Shown here: in pieces, positions 16,548 through 26,243 of the stretch
How positions within the stretch are numbered: position 1 is the first letter of the stretch
Layout: each line of letters opens with the position of its first letter
NCBI RefSeq assembly: GCF_009208775.1
Contig: NZ_WFLM01000008.1
Span: 35,206-67,205 of the forward strand
From: Silvanigrella paludirubra
Lineage (GTDB): Bacteria; Bdellovibrionota_B; Oligoflexia; Silvanigrellales; Silvanigrellaceae
Reading direction: 5' to 3'
Length of the DNA stretch: 32,000 nucleotides
Notes under the pieces: model-generated
Database searches by the model: none
Seen by the model: only the letters and a program-made list of their open reading frames with translations
Told to the model about the DNA's origin: nothing
Made by a program: the position numbers and the translations under genes

Positions 16548-19500
16548 ATGAAAAAGATCAATTATTTTAATATTAACAATTCGTTATTTAGTAAAATTGG
16601 ATTTGTTGTTTTATCTGGTTTTCATATAATAACTTCAGCACAACAAAATAATTCTCATAATTATGATTTTGATAAATCAGTACAATCATGTAATGAAAAT
16701 ATCGGTAATATTAAAAATATAAATGATTTATTTAGTAATTTAGAACTTTTAGATTTAAAATGCTTTAATAAAGTTTCTAATTTTAATCCAAGCTTAGTTG
16801 AAGGATATCTCAATCAAGAGAATATGCTCAAAATAGCCCAAAAAGCAAAAGAATTATTAGAAAATCGTTATAGCACCATAAAAAATTCAATCCATGAAAT
16901 AAGTATACAAAAACAAGTTTTAGAACAGAAACAAAGAGACCAGCTTTTAAAATTAGTAAGTATTCTTAATACAGCTTATTATTTACAATCTCTAAATAAA
17001 AATTTTGTTTCTAATCCACAAAACGAGAAGCAACTAAAAGAATTAATTGCTACAATCACTCATACATATGCAATTTTAATTCATTATCAAAAAATATATG
17101 AGCTTAAAGAAGAAGAGAAAAAATCAAAAGTACTTTCTGAAGAAGAGAAAAACTTAATTAAGTTAAATAATGAGTTTAAAAAATTATCTAAAGAAGTTTT
17201 TGGATTAATTGGTTCAGCAAAATCCTACGAAGAATCTTTAAATTTAATAGATTATGTTACAAGAAATTCTCGCTATATTACAGAAAATAATACTCTTCTA
17301 ATATACTCAATTTTACCAATTCAACTTGCATTATCCGCTTCACACGATGCAAACGGAATTTATTTTAAATCTGAAGAAAATATAAATAATTTTAAGAATA
17401 TTATTATTAATATTCAAAATATTTTAAAAAATGATAAAGGAATCATTAATGATTCCTTTTATGAAAATTATATTTTAGAAATTGGCAAATTTTTAAGATA
17501 TAAAAGTGTTAAAGATGGAATTATTGAGACCCTTAGAGAAGTAATTAAAAAAACAACTGGTGGCGATTTAAATGATCCCAAAAACAAACCATCTACCTTT
17601 TGGCTAGAAGCAACTTCTGCATTAGAATATTATGAAATTTTAAATAGAGACACTTGTAAAACGTTTACTGATGCAAATGGAGCGGACGCTTGTAAAGTAA
17701 AATCCAAATTAAGCAAATCTTTATTCAAAAATAGATATATTTACGATGAAGGTAGTATTGTCATTTACACTTCTTTAAACAAAGATGAGGCAAATAAAAT
17801 TTATTTTTCAATGAAACAAGTTGAAAATCAATATAAAAATGCTTTACAATTATTTGAACCCATTAAAAATGATAGAAATAATAGGCTATATGTTTATATT
17901 TATCCGACAAAAAAAGACTATCTTGATTATAAACCATACATAAGCGATCTTGATAAAGAAGAAGACGGTGGTGTTTATATAGATAGCAGGGGAGCGTTTT
18001 ATACCTTTGCTGGGAATCAATTTTTAGAAGATTATGTAAAACATGAATATATTCACTATTTGAATAGTAGATATTTATATAAAAATTTTGCAAATGAAAC
18101 AAATCAACTAAATCCTTGGAAACATATGGATTGGTTTATCGAAGGTTCTGCAGATTTTTTTGCTGGTAGTAAAAAAACTGGAATTGGAATTTCTGAGTTA
18201 AGATATAATTCTTTTGTAACTCATAAAAAAGTGATTCCTATTTATGAAATATTAGATTCAAAATATGAATCAGAATATTCTGATAGATTTTATTTTACTC
18301 ATTTTCTATTTAATAAACATAGAAATATTTTTGATAATTTCATAAATTTTATTAAGAATAATGATACAAATAAATTTATAAATTTAATTCATGAATTATC
18401 AAGAAATGAAAAATTAAATTTAGAGTTTCAAAATTATGTAAATAATTTAAACTTTAAAACTGGCGATATTGCAAAAATAAACAACAATATTAGTGATTTT
18501 TTTGAAGATATAACTACGTTTAAAGAAAGCTTTCAATCTATTGATCAAAACAGCAAATGTGAACTTTTAGCAAGTAGCATAAATTCTGATAGTAAAAAAA
18601 TAAATCAAAGTGCTCGTGTATCTTGCTCTATTAAAATAAATCTATCAGAAAAAAATAAATTAAATAAAATGCTAGAAATTCCTAAACACAGTCAAACAAA
18701 CTGTTTATATGATAAAACAAATACAATGTTTATCTGCGAAGGGTCTGTAAAATTAGCAAATTTTTCTGATTTATCAAGCTCTCTTAAAACAAAAATTCAA
18801 AACCTTGAATCAGAACAATTTGATAGAACTTTCCCAATATATAATGAGAATTTTTTCTTTTTTAAAGGTGATATTTACTCTTCTACCCTTGCAAAAGGTA
18901 ATAGAGACGAGGGTTGGTATTATGAATATGTTTTAAGAGATCAAAACACTTCGTTTGAAGTCGATCCCGATGGTGAATACTCATTTCGCAATAAAGAAAA
19001 CTATGAAAAAGTTACAAAATCTGTAATCATTAATGGTAAAGAAGTTGAATTGACCTTTTTCAAATTTAAAGATTTCGATAAAAGAATTTTTGCTAATAAA
19101 GTGCCTACAAGAAAAGTAGAACAAAATAATGGCAGTTTTTATTTAATTTCTGATATTAGCTTATACAGAAATGAGGGAAGCATTGAAAATACAACCGATG
19201 GCTTTAGAGTTTTTGATGATAAATTTAGATACGATGAAGTTAATGATTATGACTTTAAAGTAATAAAACAGCCAATAGGTTCTATAGTAGAAATCAACAA
19301 TCGTTATATGCTTCGCTATATAAATGAAAATCCTAAAGATAATGATTCAATCACTATTTCAGTAATAAGACATAATGAAAAAAAAGGTGAAATTACATTA
19401 CCAATAGACAATAGTTTTAACAGTGATTATTTTGAAGATATTAAAAATGAAGAAATAATTATTGATGAAACAATTAATTATAAAGTCAAAGATAGCTATC

Positions 19501-19745
19501 TTGATAATTATCTTTATAATAATATGAATAAAGAAACATTTATGCCAGGAGCTAAATACAATTTTACAATACTTAAAGATTTAAAATGCAATATATCAGA
19601 TTTAAGAGATGACGGTCATTTTAGATTCATCAAAAAACAAGGTTGTAATGATAAAACAGATGAAGCTATTGTAACTGTAACAAAGGTAACAAACAAAGGA
19701 TTGTTTAAAGTTAGAACTGTGAAAGTCATTTTCTCTATTGATTAA
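16548..19745 (+). CDS. secreted M9-family (microbial collagenase-like) zinc metalloprotease with extended C-terminal region
   Basis: Signal-like N-terminus. HEYIHYL (H499-H503, nt 18042-18056) and WFIEGSADFFAGS (E532, nt 18141-18143) match the M9 HExxH plus downstream Glu arrangement. GGVYIDS..FYTF lies upstream as in M9 catalytic domains. GGAGG RBS. Confidence 0.75.
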   Translation: MKKINYFNINNSLFSKIGFVVLSGFHIITSAQQNNSHNYDFDKSVQSCNENIGNIKNINDLFSNLELLDLKCFNKVSNFNPSLVEGYLNQENMLKIAQKAKELLENRYSTIKNSIHEISIQKQVLEQKQRDQLLKLVSILNTAYYLQSLNKNFVSNPQNEKQLKELIATITHTYAILIHYQKIYELKEEEKKSKVLSEEEKNLIKLNNEFKKLSKEVFGLIGSAKSYEESLNLIDYVTRNSRYITENNTLLIYSILPIQLALSASHDANGIYFKSEENINNFKNIIINIQNILKNDKGIINDSFYENYILEIGKFLRYKSVKDGIIETLREVIKKTTGGDLNDPKNKPSTFWLEATSALEYYEILNRDTCKTFTDANGADACKVKSKLSKSLFKNRYIYDEGSIVIYTSLNKDEANKIYFSMKQVENQYKNALQLFEPIKNDRNNRLYVYIYPTKKDYLDYKPYISDLDKEEDGGVYIDSRGAFYTFAGNQFLEDYVKHEYIHYLNSRYLYKNFANETNQLNPWKHMDWFIEGSADFFAGSKKTGIGISELRYNSFVTHKKVIPIYEILDSKYESEYSDRFYFTHFLFNKHRNIFDNFINFIKNNDTNKFINLIHELSRNEKLNLEFQNYVNNLNFKTGDIAKINNNISDFFEDITTFKESFQSIDQNSKCELLASSINSDSKKINQSARVSCSIKINLSEKNKLNKMLEIPKHSQTNCLYDKTNTMFICEGSVKLANFSDLSSSLKTKIQNLESEQFDRTFPIYNENFFFFKGDIYSSTLAKGNRDEGWYYEYVLRDQNTSFEVDPDGEYSFRNKENYEKVTKSVIINGKEVELTFFKFKDFDKRIFANKVPTRKVEQNNGSFYLISDISLYRNEGSIENTTDGFRVFDDKFRYDEVNDYDFKVIKQPIGSIVEINNRYMLRYINENPKDNDSITISVIRHNEKKGEITLPIDNSFNSDYFEDIKNEEIIIDETINYKVKDSYLDNYLYNNMNKETFMPGAKYNFTILKDLKCNISDLRDDGHFRFIKKQGCNDKTDEAIVTVTKVTNKGLFKVRTVKVIFSID

Positions 19746-20622
19746 GCCAGTTTTTAGATAAGAAGTTAAACAAAGTTTTAACTCGATTGTTTTGAAGTTT
19801 ACCAGTTGGAGTTAATAACCAAACACTCCCATAGTCTTCCAACTGGTCTTCTAAATGAATTTCTATCAATTCCTTAGATAATAAATATTTTTTAAGGTCC
19901 CAATAAGAACGTATTGCTATTGCTTGCCCCTCAATTGCGTATTGATTTAAAACATTGGATTGATTTGAAATCAGACTTCGCTTTTCAGAATACTCGCCTA
20001 ATTTTATTTTACTTTTTTTAAATAATATTTTCTCATGTATTTCAAGAAAAACCAAATTATGTTTCTTTAATTCTGTTAAGGTTTGAGGAGTTCCAAATTT
20101 ATTTAAATATGATGGTGTTGCACAAAAAATTAATTTATTTGCACCCAATTTTTTTCCATGAAGAGATGTCGATTCTAAATTTCCAATTCTGATTGCTAAA
20201 TCAATATTATTTTCAATTAAATCCAAATAACTATCTGTAACTGTTAGTTCAATTTTGATTTTTGGATAGAGTGATAAAAATTTTGTGATTTGTTCGCTAA
20301 CAAAACTTGTAGCTATTGCAGTTGAACAAGTTAAGTGTATTTTACCCTGCATTTCTTGCGATTGATTTAAAGAAGATTCAAACTCTTTCAAAGAATCTAT
20401 TAGTTTTTGAGCATATTGAAATAAAATTAGAGCATCTTGAGTGGGCGTTACATTTCTTGTACTTCTAATAAATAATGGAAACCCAACTTTTTCTTCTAAA
20501 TTATTAATTTTATTAGATATAGCAGCTTTGGATATTTTTAACTTTTTAGCCGCTTCCGTAAAACTTCTTTCTTGGTAAACATATATAAATGCATAAATAT
20601 CATCTAAATTACTAATTTTCAT
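19735..20622 (-). CDS. LysR-family transcriptional regulator
   Basis: N-terminal wHTH (FIYVYQERSFTEAAKKLKISKAAISNKINNLEEKVGFPLFIRSTRNVTPT) plus a substrate-binding domain. AGAGGA RBS. Divergent from the oxidoreductase gene. Confidence 0.9.
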   Translation of the reverse strand: MKISNLDDIYAFIYVYQERSFTEAAKKLKISKAAISNKINNLEEKVGFPLFIRSTRNVTPTQDALILFQYAQKLIDSLKEFESSLNQSQEMQGKIHLTCSTAIATSFVSEQITKFLSLYPKIKIELTVTDSYLDLIENNIDLAIRIGNLESTSLHGKKLGANKLIFCATPSYLNKFGTPQTLTELKKHNLVFLEIHEKILFKKSKIKLGEYSEKRSLISNQSNVLNQYAIEGQAIAIRSYWDLKKYLLSKELIEIHLEDQLEDYGSVWLLTPTGKLQNNRVKTLFNFLSKNWLNQ

Positions 20623-20760
20623 AGATTAATCCTCTATTGTCAATTATATATTAACAATGTTTTCAACTTTTAGTGTATTGATAATTATATTTCAAGTGGT
20701 ATTTTTGACATACGGAAATCATAATTTTCCTACACTCTATTTTATTTAGGAGACATAAAC

Positions 20761-21777
20761 ATGTTCACATTTAAAGCTTTTTATAATGAAAATAAAAATC
20801 AAATTTCATTTAAAAAAACAGAAGAAGAATTACCAAAATTAAATTCCAAAGATTTATTAGTAAAAATAGAAGCTGTTAGCTTAAACCCAGTAGATTTTAA
20901 AGTTGCTAGTGGTTTATTAAATAAACCGAATGATCAAAAAACTTTAGGTTGGGATGCATCGGGAATTGTTGTTAAAGTTGGTAGTGAAGTGAAAAACTTC
21001 AAAATTGGAGATCATGTATATTATGCTGGAGCAATCGATCGTCCCGGTTCAAATTCTGAATATCAAGTAGTAGATGAAAGAATTGTAGGTCAAAAACCAA
21101 AAAGTTTAACATTTAAAGAAGCAGCTGCTCTACCTTTGACAGCAATAACAGCATATGAAGCTTTGTTTACACAACTACAAATTTCAAAAAACATTTCTGA
21201 CAAACCAAAAAAAGTTTTACTTGTAGGTGCCGCTGGCGGTGTTGGATCTATTGCTATCCAACTTTTAAAATCATTAACTTCTTCTATCGTTATTGCTACA
21301 GCGTCTCGCAAAGAATCTGAAGATTGGGTAAAATCTTTAGGTGCAGATTATGTGATCAATCATAATAATGACTTTTTAAAGGAGTTAAATCGAATTGGTT
21401 TTCAAGATGTGGACTATATATTTTGTATAAATGGGCTTGAATCTCACTTTGAAAACATGGCAAATTCAATCAAAACATTTGGAAAAATTGTAACAATAGA
21501 TGATCCTGTAAATCCATTGAATATGATGTTACTAAAAATGAAAAGCGTTTCTTTTTCATGGGAATTTATGTTTACTCATTCTTTATATCAAACGGAAGAC
21601 ATGATTTCACAACATAAATTATTGAATGAGGTTTCTCAACTAGTAGATTTAAATAAAATAAAAACTACTATAGGTTTAGATTTAGGAATAATGAATGAAG
21701 TAAATTTAGAAAAATCACATGAACTTTTAAAAACACAAAAAACAATTGGAAAGATTGTTTTAGGAGTAAATGAGTAA
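20761..21777 (+). CDS. zinc-type/quinone-oxidoreductase-like MDR alcohol dehydrogenase family protein
   Basis: VKIEAVSLNPVDFK, GWDASGIVVKVG, GDHVYYAG and the Rossmann motif VGAAGGVGSIAIQLLK. AGGAGA RBS. Confidence 0.8.
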   Translation: MFTFKAFYNENKNQISFKKTEEELPKLNSKDLLVKIEAVSLNPVDFKVASGLLNKPNDQKTLGWDASGIVVKVGSEVKNFKIGDHVYYAGAIDRPGSNSEYQVVDERIVGQKPKSLTFKEAAALPLTAITAYEALFTQLQISKNISDKPKKVLLVGAAGGVGSIAIQLLKSLTSSIVIATASRKESEDWVKSLGADYVINHNNDFLKELNRIGFQDVDYIFCINGLESHFENMANSIKTFGKIVTIDDPVNPLNMMLLKMKSVSFSWEFMFTHSLYQTEDMISQHKLLNEVSQLVDLNKIKTTIGLDLGIMNEVNLEKSHELLKTQKTIGKIVLGVNE

Positions 21778-21782
21778 ACTAT

Positions 21783-23006
21783 TTAATCTTCAACAGAGTT
21801 TGAAACTGGTTTTTCCGGTACAGTTGCTTCTACAGGATTAACAGGCTCTGTTGGTTTTGTAACAGAATCATCTATTGGTGTAGGTTGCTCTACCGGTGTT
21901 TCTTTAACCGAATTTAACTCTTTTTCATCCGCAGGAGGAGGTGGAGTTAAAACTGGTTCTTGTTTAATGAAAGATTCTTCAATATTTACTGGAAAAGTTT
22001 TTGTTGAATCCCAAGTCCCACTTTGTAAGTTTAAAGCTGAAATTTTAATATACCACTTACCTTGTCCAATGTTTTGAACAGGAAAAGAATTTTTAACCGT
22101 ACTGAATACTTTAACTCTATTTAAAAAATCATTATCTGTTGCTACTTCAATTCTATAAAAAGAAACCTTTCCTGTTGATGTCCAGCTTAAGGTGTCTTTT
22201 AGTTTCATTTTATCTGGAATTTCAGCTCTAATACCAGTTGATTCTGGAGGATTAATCTTAATTTTGTGAACTTCTTTTCCATCTTCTTTCCAATAAACAT
22301 CTCCAGGTGGTGGTATAGATATTCTATATTTACCTGTTACATTAGAATTTCCATTTAGATAAATTTTTTGAAAATTAGGATCTCTTGAAACAATTATTTT
22401 TTTCTTAACAGGGACATCAAGAATAGGACCACCGTCTTGAATATCATAATTGTATGTATCTGGACCCGATGACTCGTTATTCGTTTTTATAAAAGGAGGA
22501 GGAATCACGGCAACTGTTTTTTCTTCTACAGGTTTTGCTTCTGATTTTGGTGTTGCTGGTTTCACTAATGGAGAAACAGGAATAGGTTGCGCAACAGCTA
22601 ATTCAGGTTGAGATGCTTTTTTTGTTTCCTTCACAACTTGTGGAGCTGTAGCTACCGTAGTTTTTGAAGGCTCAGCAATTGGAGTTGGTGGCGGTGGTAA
22701 CACGTTTGATTTATCCTCAGCAACAGGTCCTGGAATTGTTTTATCTGAGGCTATCTTATCTTGTTTTTCTGGCGACTTCACCCCAAAAGGAGAATAAGGA
22801 CCAAAAAAAAGAAGACCAGCTGCCGTTGCACCAGCTACCCCAACACCAGCCGTTATGCCTGTTAAAATCATTTTTCTTTTTCTTGTTAGATCATCTTCAG
22901 ATGTACTATCAGGAAAACTTTCGTCTTTGTGAGAAGAATTTGTCTCTTCTAAATTCTCCTTTTGACGATTAACGGATTCTGTTTTTTTCAGGCGTATATT
23001 TGTCAT
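21783..23006 (-). CDS. single-pass membrane protein with proline-rich linker and beta-rich C-terminal domains (TonB-like architecture, no TonB C-domain motif)
   Basis: ATG 23006 with AGAGG RBS (MTNIRLKK...). TM segment ILTGITAGVGVAGATAAGLLFF. Pro/Val/Lys-rich stretches on both sides of a ~170-aa globular region. Confidence 0.6.
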   Translation of the reverse strand: MTNIRLKKTESVNRQKENLEETNSSHKDESFPDSTSEDDLTRKRKMILTGITAGVGVAGATAAGLLFFGPYSPFGVKSPEKQDKIASDKTIPGPVAEDKSNVLPPPPTPIAEPSKTTVATAPQVVKETKKASQPELAVAQPIPVSPLVKPATPKSEAKPVEEKTVAVIPPPFIKTNNESSGPDTYNYDIQDGGPILDVPVKKKIIVSRDPNFQKIYLNGNSNVTGKYRISIPPPGDVYWKEDGKEVHKIKINPPESTGIRAEIPDKMKLKDTLSWTSTGKVSFYRIEVATDNDFLNRVKVFSTVKNSFPVQNIGQGKWYIKISALNLQSGTWDSTKTFPVNIEESFIKQEPVLTPPPPADEKELNSVKETPVEQPTPIDDSVTKPTEPVNPVEATVPEKPVSNSVED

Positions 23007-23116
23007 TTCGAAACCTCTAAGCACTGTTTTTCCTATGCAAAGTTTATATCGGAACAACAAAGAATGGATTAAGGTGACAAATGTTACCTAGAGGAAAAAA
23101 TTATGTAGGAAAATTG

Positions 23117-24790
23117 TCAGTTGAGGAGAGATTGAATCATGTTTTTAGATTTTAAAGCAAATCCTTGTTTTGCAAATTTATGAGCAATCGCATCATAGGA
23201 AGATAAAATTTGAGAAATGGTACACCTGTAACCTAAGTCAACTAATTCTGTACGAATATAATATTTCATTGGATTTCCAGCCATAGCCTCCATAACATCA
23301 TCTGTAGGCTTGAAAATAACAAAATCAACATCAGGATTATTATCCATAGAGTGTTTTAACATAGAACTTGATCTTGTTTGAACTAAACTTTTAACTGCTT
23401 GAACCATGGTAAAGTAACCACCGCGTTTCATTACAGCACCAGGTAAGTTACTCGTATAAGGTACCATTGGGTCAATATAAACAACAAGAGCTGCTCCTTT
23501 ACGAATAGCTGTATTAAAGTCGGAAGCGCTTGTTAATTGTCCATCTGTAAACCAATGTCCTTTAACCAATTCGGGTAAATAAAACGGCGGCAAAGCCGTG
23601 CTAGCGCGGATAGCTTGGCTTATTTTAATATCTCTCCATGGTTCTTCACCAAATACAATATTTTCTCCAGTATCTTGATCTGTTACGTTAATATAAAGTT
23701 CTTTTTTTAACGTAGCCATATTATCTTCTATTCCAAAGTGCTTCATTTGTTTTTCAAAAAACTTTTTTAATTTTTCCCCTTTAAAAAAGCCTGTTGGAAC
23801 TGAATTTTGCAATCGACTTATCAGTTCCCCAGAATCAAAAGTAGAAAAAGCTCTGACAAAATCAAATGCCCTGCGAGCAATTTCTGATCCTGCTAAATCA
23901 AATACAGTGTTTAATCCCAAAGGTTCTAGGCTTGTATGTTTTCGGTATATTTGTCGAACAAGATCATCGGAATGGACTCCAACTGCTAATGTACTTGCAA
24001 TAATAGCACCAGATGAAACTCCACAAAAAATATCAAAATCACCTGTTTCTTTATCTAACAAACAATTATCAATAGCATTTACAACACCAATTGAATAAAT
24101 ATAACCTTCAAGACCTCCACCAGATATACAAATACTGGTTTTTTTATGATTTTGCCTAAAATCATAAAGCTGTCTCGTTGCTGCTAAAAAAAGTTCTACA
24201 GAATCGGATGGCTCAGTGATTACCGCTCTTACATTTGCAAGACTTAAATAAAATTCTCGATTTGTTTTTCTTGCTGATTTAGGTAACACGACAACCACAC
24301 GACGCATTGTATAAATAAAACCGCGTGGCGTAAAAGTTTCAATTGCTGTTCTTAAATTTTCAAAATTTATTGGTTTTTGTTGTTCTTTATGTTCCGTAAA
24401 ACTTTGCGAAGTATGCAGTACTTCAGAATTTTGCATTTCTTCCATTTTTAATTGCACTTTATCAAATTCATTTGATAGAATTGGATGACTTGTATCCTGC
24501 GTTACGGTTCTTTCATCCAAAATAATTAAATCTGCATCAAAAATAGGAAGCTCTTTAGCAACCTCATGAACATCGGTATAAAAATTGACTGTAGCTCCTG
24601 GAAAAGAATTTGAGGCTAAAGCGAGCCTTCGAAGCAAATAAGATGATACTGAAAAAGAATTTGGTTTTTCAGAATTTGTATTTTTTGCTCCTGCTTTAAT
24701 AAAGTCTACTTTTAAAGACTCTATTAAATTAAACTCACCAACATACATCACACGGAATTCTTTATATCCAGAAAATTTATCTGAAACCAA
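23117..24790 (-). CDS. patatin-like phospholipase with ~215-aa N-terminal receiver-like region
   Basis: SGGGLEG (oxyanion box), GVSSG (GxSxG nucleophile, S259) and TDGQL (Asp of the dyad). TTG start at 24790 with AAGGAG RBS 6 nt upstream. The N-terminus shows RVMYVGE...DADLIILDE...RVVVVLP...VRAVITEP. Confidence 0.8.
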   Translation of the reverse strand: MVSDKFSGYKEFRVMYVGEFNLIESLKVDFIKAGAKNTNSEKPNSFSVSSYLLRRLALASNSFPGATVNFYTDVHEVAKELPIFDADLIILDERTVTQDTSHPILSNEFDKVQLKMEEMQNSEVLHTSQSFTEHKEQQKPINFENLRTAIETFTPRGFIYTMRRVVVVLPKSARKTNREFYLSLANVRAVITEPSDSVELFLAATRQLYDFRQNHKKTSICISGGGLEGYIYSIGVVNAIDNCLLDKETGDFDIFCGVSSGAIIASTLAVGVHSDDLVRQIYRKHTSLEPLGLNTVFDLAGSEIARRAFDFVRAFSTFDSGELISRLQNSVPTGFFKGEKLKKFFEKQMKHFGIEDNMATLKKELYINVTDQDTGENIVFGEEPWRDIKISQAIRASTALPPFYLPELVKGHWFTDGQLTSASDFNTAIRKGAALVVYIDPMVPYTSNLPGAVMKRGGYFTMVQAVKSLVQTRSSSMLKHSMDNNPDVDFVIFKPTDDVMEAMAGNPMKYYIRTELVDLGYRCTISQILSSYDAIAHKFAKQGFALKSKNMIQSLLN

Positions 24791-24821
24791 GATATGCTCC
24801 TTTTTTAAAAGGATTTTGTTT

Positions 24822-26243
24822 CTAATCTTCTAAATTAGAAACTTTTGGGGTTCTAGGATACATCACATATTGTAAATACTTACAAGGAATGTTTCCATTA
24901 TACACAGTTACTCTCCGTGTTGGACGTAATCCTACATTTTTTAGTCCATCTTCACTACCTGTAATTAACCAAGCTGTCCAATGAGGATATTCTTGTTTCC
25001 ATAAGTTACCCAAAGATTGGTACATAGGAGAAAGATCTTCACCTTCTTCAAGTCTTTCACCATATGGCGGATTTACTACTAATATACCTTGAGAGGCATG
25101 TGGTTTGCTTTGGAAAGCATCTTTTTTAGAAAAATGAATTAATTTGCTAAGCCCTGCTTCCATTGCACATTCTTTTGCCGTTTCAACATTTTTCTCAGAA
25201 ATATCGCTTCCAAAAAAAGGGGCGAGGGAATCTTGGAATGTAGTAATATTATTTTTTTCTGAATAAAGTTTAATTCTCATAGGAAGATCGGCAATTGGTT
25301 TTTCATTTGCAATTATTTTAGCTTTTAAGTCTTTGAGAGCTACCTTCATTTCATTAGCCTTGTTAGGACATAAATCCATAAAAGAAAACTCGTTTCTATG
25401 AACATTGGGTTTCCAATGTAACAACGCTAAGGCTGCCTCTATTACAAAAGTTCCTGACCCACACATTGGATCAAGCAAATAAGGTGACATAAGTATTGGT
25501 TTTGCTTTACTAGTAATTCCTTGTTGTTTTAAAAGCCTTGTTTCTTTATCTTCAAAATAAACAGCATCAGAGGAATTCCAAATATGGTTTGCTAATAAAT
25601 TCCAGCCTGAAATTCTTAATAAAGATGCTGCTAAGGATTCTTTTAAAGGAGCTTCCACAGTTTTTACACGATATCCTCTTTGAGAAAGAGGCTCTCCCGT
25701 TGTATCAACAGAAATACTCAATTTATCACGGAAAAGTCTTACAAAAATTTTAACATCGGGTCTTTCTGTATTTACATCGGGTCTTTCACCAAATTTGTCA
25801 CGAAATGAATCACAAATCGCATCTTTTACTTTTAAACCAACAAACATAGAGTTTTGGACAAAAGTATCATTTATGGAAGCATTGACTGAAAAAGTTAAAT
25901 TTAAATCAAAAATAGAAGTCCAATCGAGAGATCGAGACATTTCATAAAGATCTTTTTCATCATTAACTTGATCTTCTGCAAGAACGAGCAAAACCCGACT
26001 TGCGCACATAGAAGAAAGGTTTACAGCGATACAACCAGCCCAAGGAGCTTCTAAATAGCAACCTGCAGATCCTTTCCAAACTCTGTGTTTGATTTGAAAT
26101 TGAGAACAAATTTCCTCAATTTCATCTTTTAAAATATCTTCAAATCCCCTAGAAGTTGTTATGAAAAAACGTTGGATAGATAAATTAGAATAATAATATC
26201 TTTCATTATTTTGATTACGGAGGTGATTTTCCTTTTTCTTCAT
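24822..26243 (-). CDS. THUMP-domain class I SAM-dependent RNA methyltransferase (RlmL/YpsC-like, rRNA m2G type)
   Basis: An N-terminal THUMP-like region (FFITTSRGFEDILKDEI), SAM motif I DPMCGSGTFVIEAA and catalytic NPPYGERL. Confidence 0.75.
   Translation of the reverse strand: MKKKENHLRNQNNERYYYSNLSIQRFFITTSRGFEDILKDEIEEICSQFQIKHRVWKGSAGCYLEAPWAGCIAVNLSSMCASRVLLVLAEDQVNDEKDLYEMSRSLDWTSIFDLNLTFSVNASINDTFVQNSMFVGLKVKDAICDSFRDKFGERPDVNTERPDVKIFVRLFRDKLSISVDTTGEPLSQRGYRVKTVEAPLKESLAASLLRISGWNLLANHIWNSSDAVYFEDKETRLLKQQGITSKAKPILMSPYLLDPMCGSGTFVIEAALALLHWKPNVHRNEFSFMDLCPNKANEMKVALKDLKAKIIANEKPIADLPMRIKLYSEKNNITTFQDSLAPFFGSDISEKNVETAKECAMEAGLSKLIHFSKKDAFQSKPHASQGILVVNPPYGERLEEGEDLSPMYQSLGNLWKQEYPHWTAWLITGSEDGLKNVGLRPTRRVTVYNGNIPCKYLQYVMYPRTPKVSNLED

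Noticed and set aside
20636-20658. ATTGT-N13-ACAAT dyad between the LysR gene and the oxidoreductase gene as the LysR T-N11-A box
   Set aside because: The spacing does not fit the T-N11-A consensus. The dyad is A/T-rich and overlaps the lysR leader. It is plausible but not supportable as a feature without comparative data.
16088-21780. The low-GC block (protease, LysR, MDR oxidoreductase) as a mobile genomic island
   Set aside because: No integrase, transposase, flanking tRNA or direct repeats are visible. Compositional deviation alone supports only accessory status, not mobility.
23117-24790. Patatin gene as the effector of a CBASS-type or other anti-phage defence system
   Set aside because: There is no cyclase/nucleotidyltransferase, no sensor domain of known defence type, and no other defence genes nearby. 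The neighbours are flagellar and rRNA-modification genes.
920-25753. Short antisense or alternative-frame ORFs inside long CDSs (e.g. 920-1108, 1515-1709, 2222-2410, 2807-2995, 5423-5686, 5990-6257, 7142-7995, 8827-9510, 14332-14520, 15247-15495, 17863-18102, 21090-21311, 22664-22972, 23907-24098, 25538-25753, 26349-26875)
   Set aside because: Each lies wholly within a confidently assigned gene on the other strand or frame. None has an RBS or recognisable motifs, and their lengths are as expected by chance.
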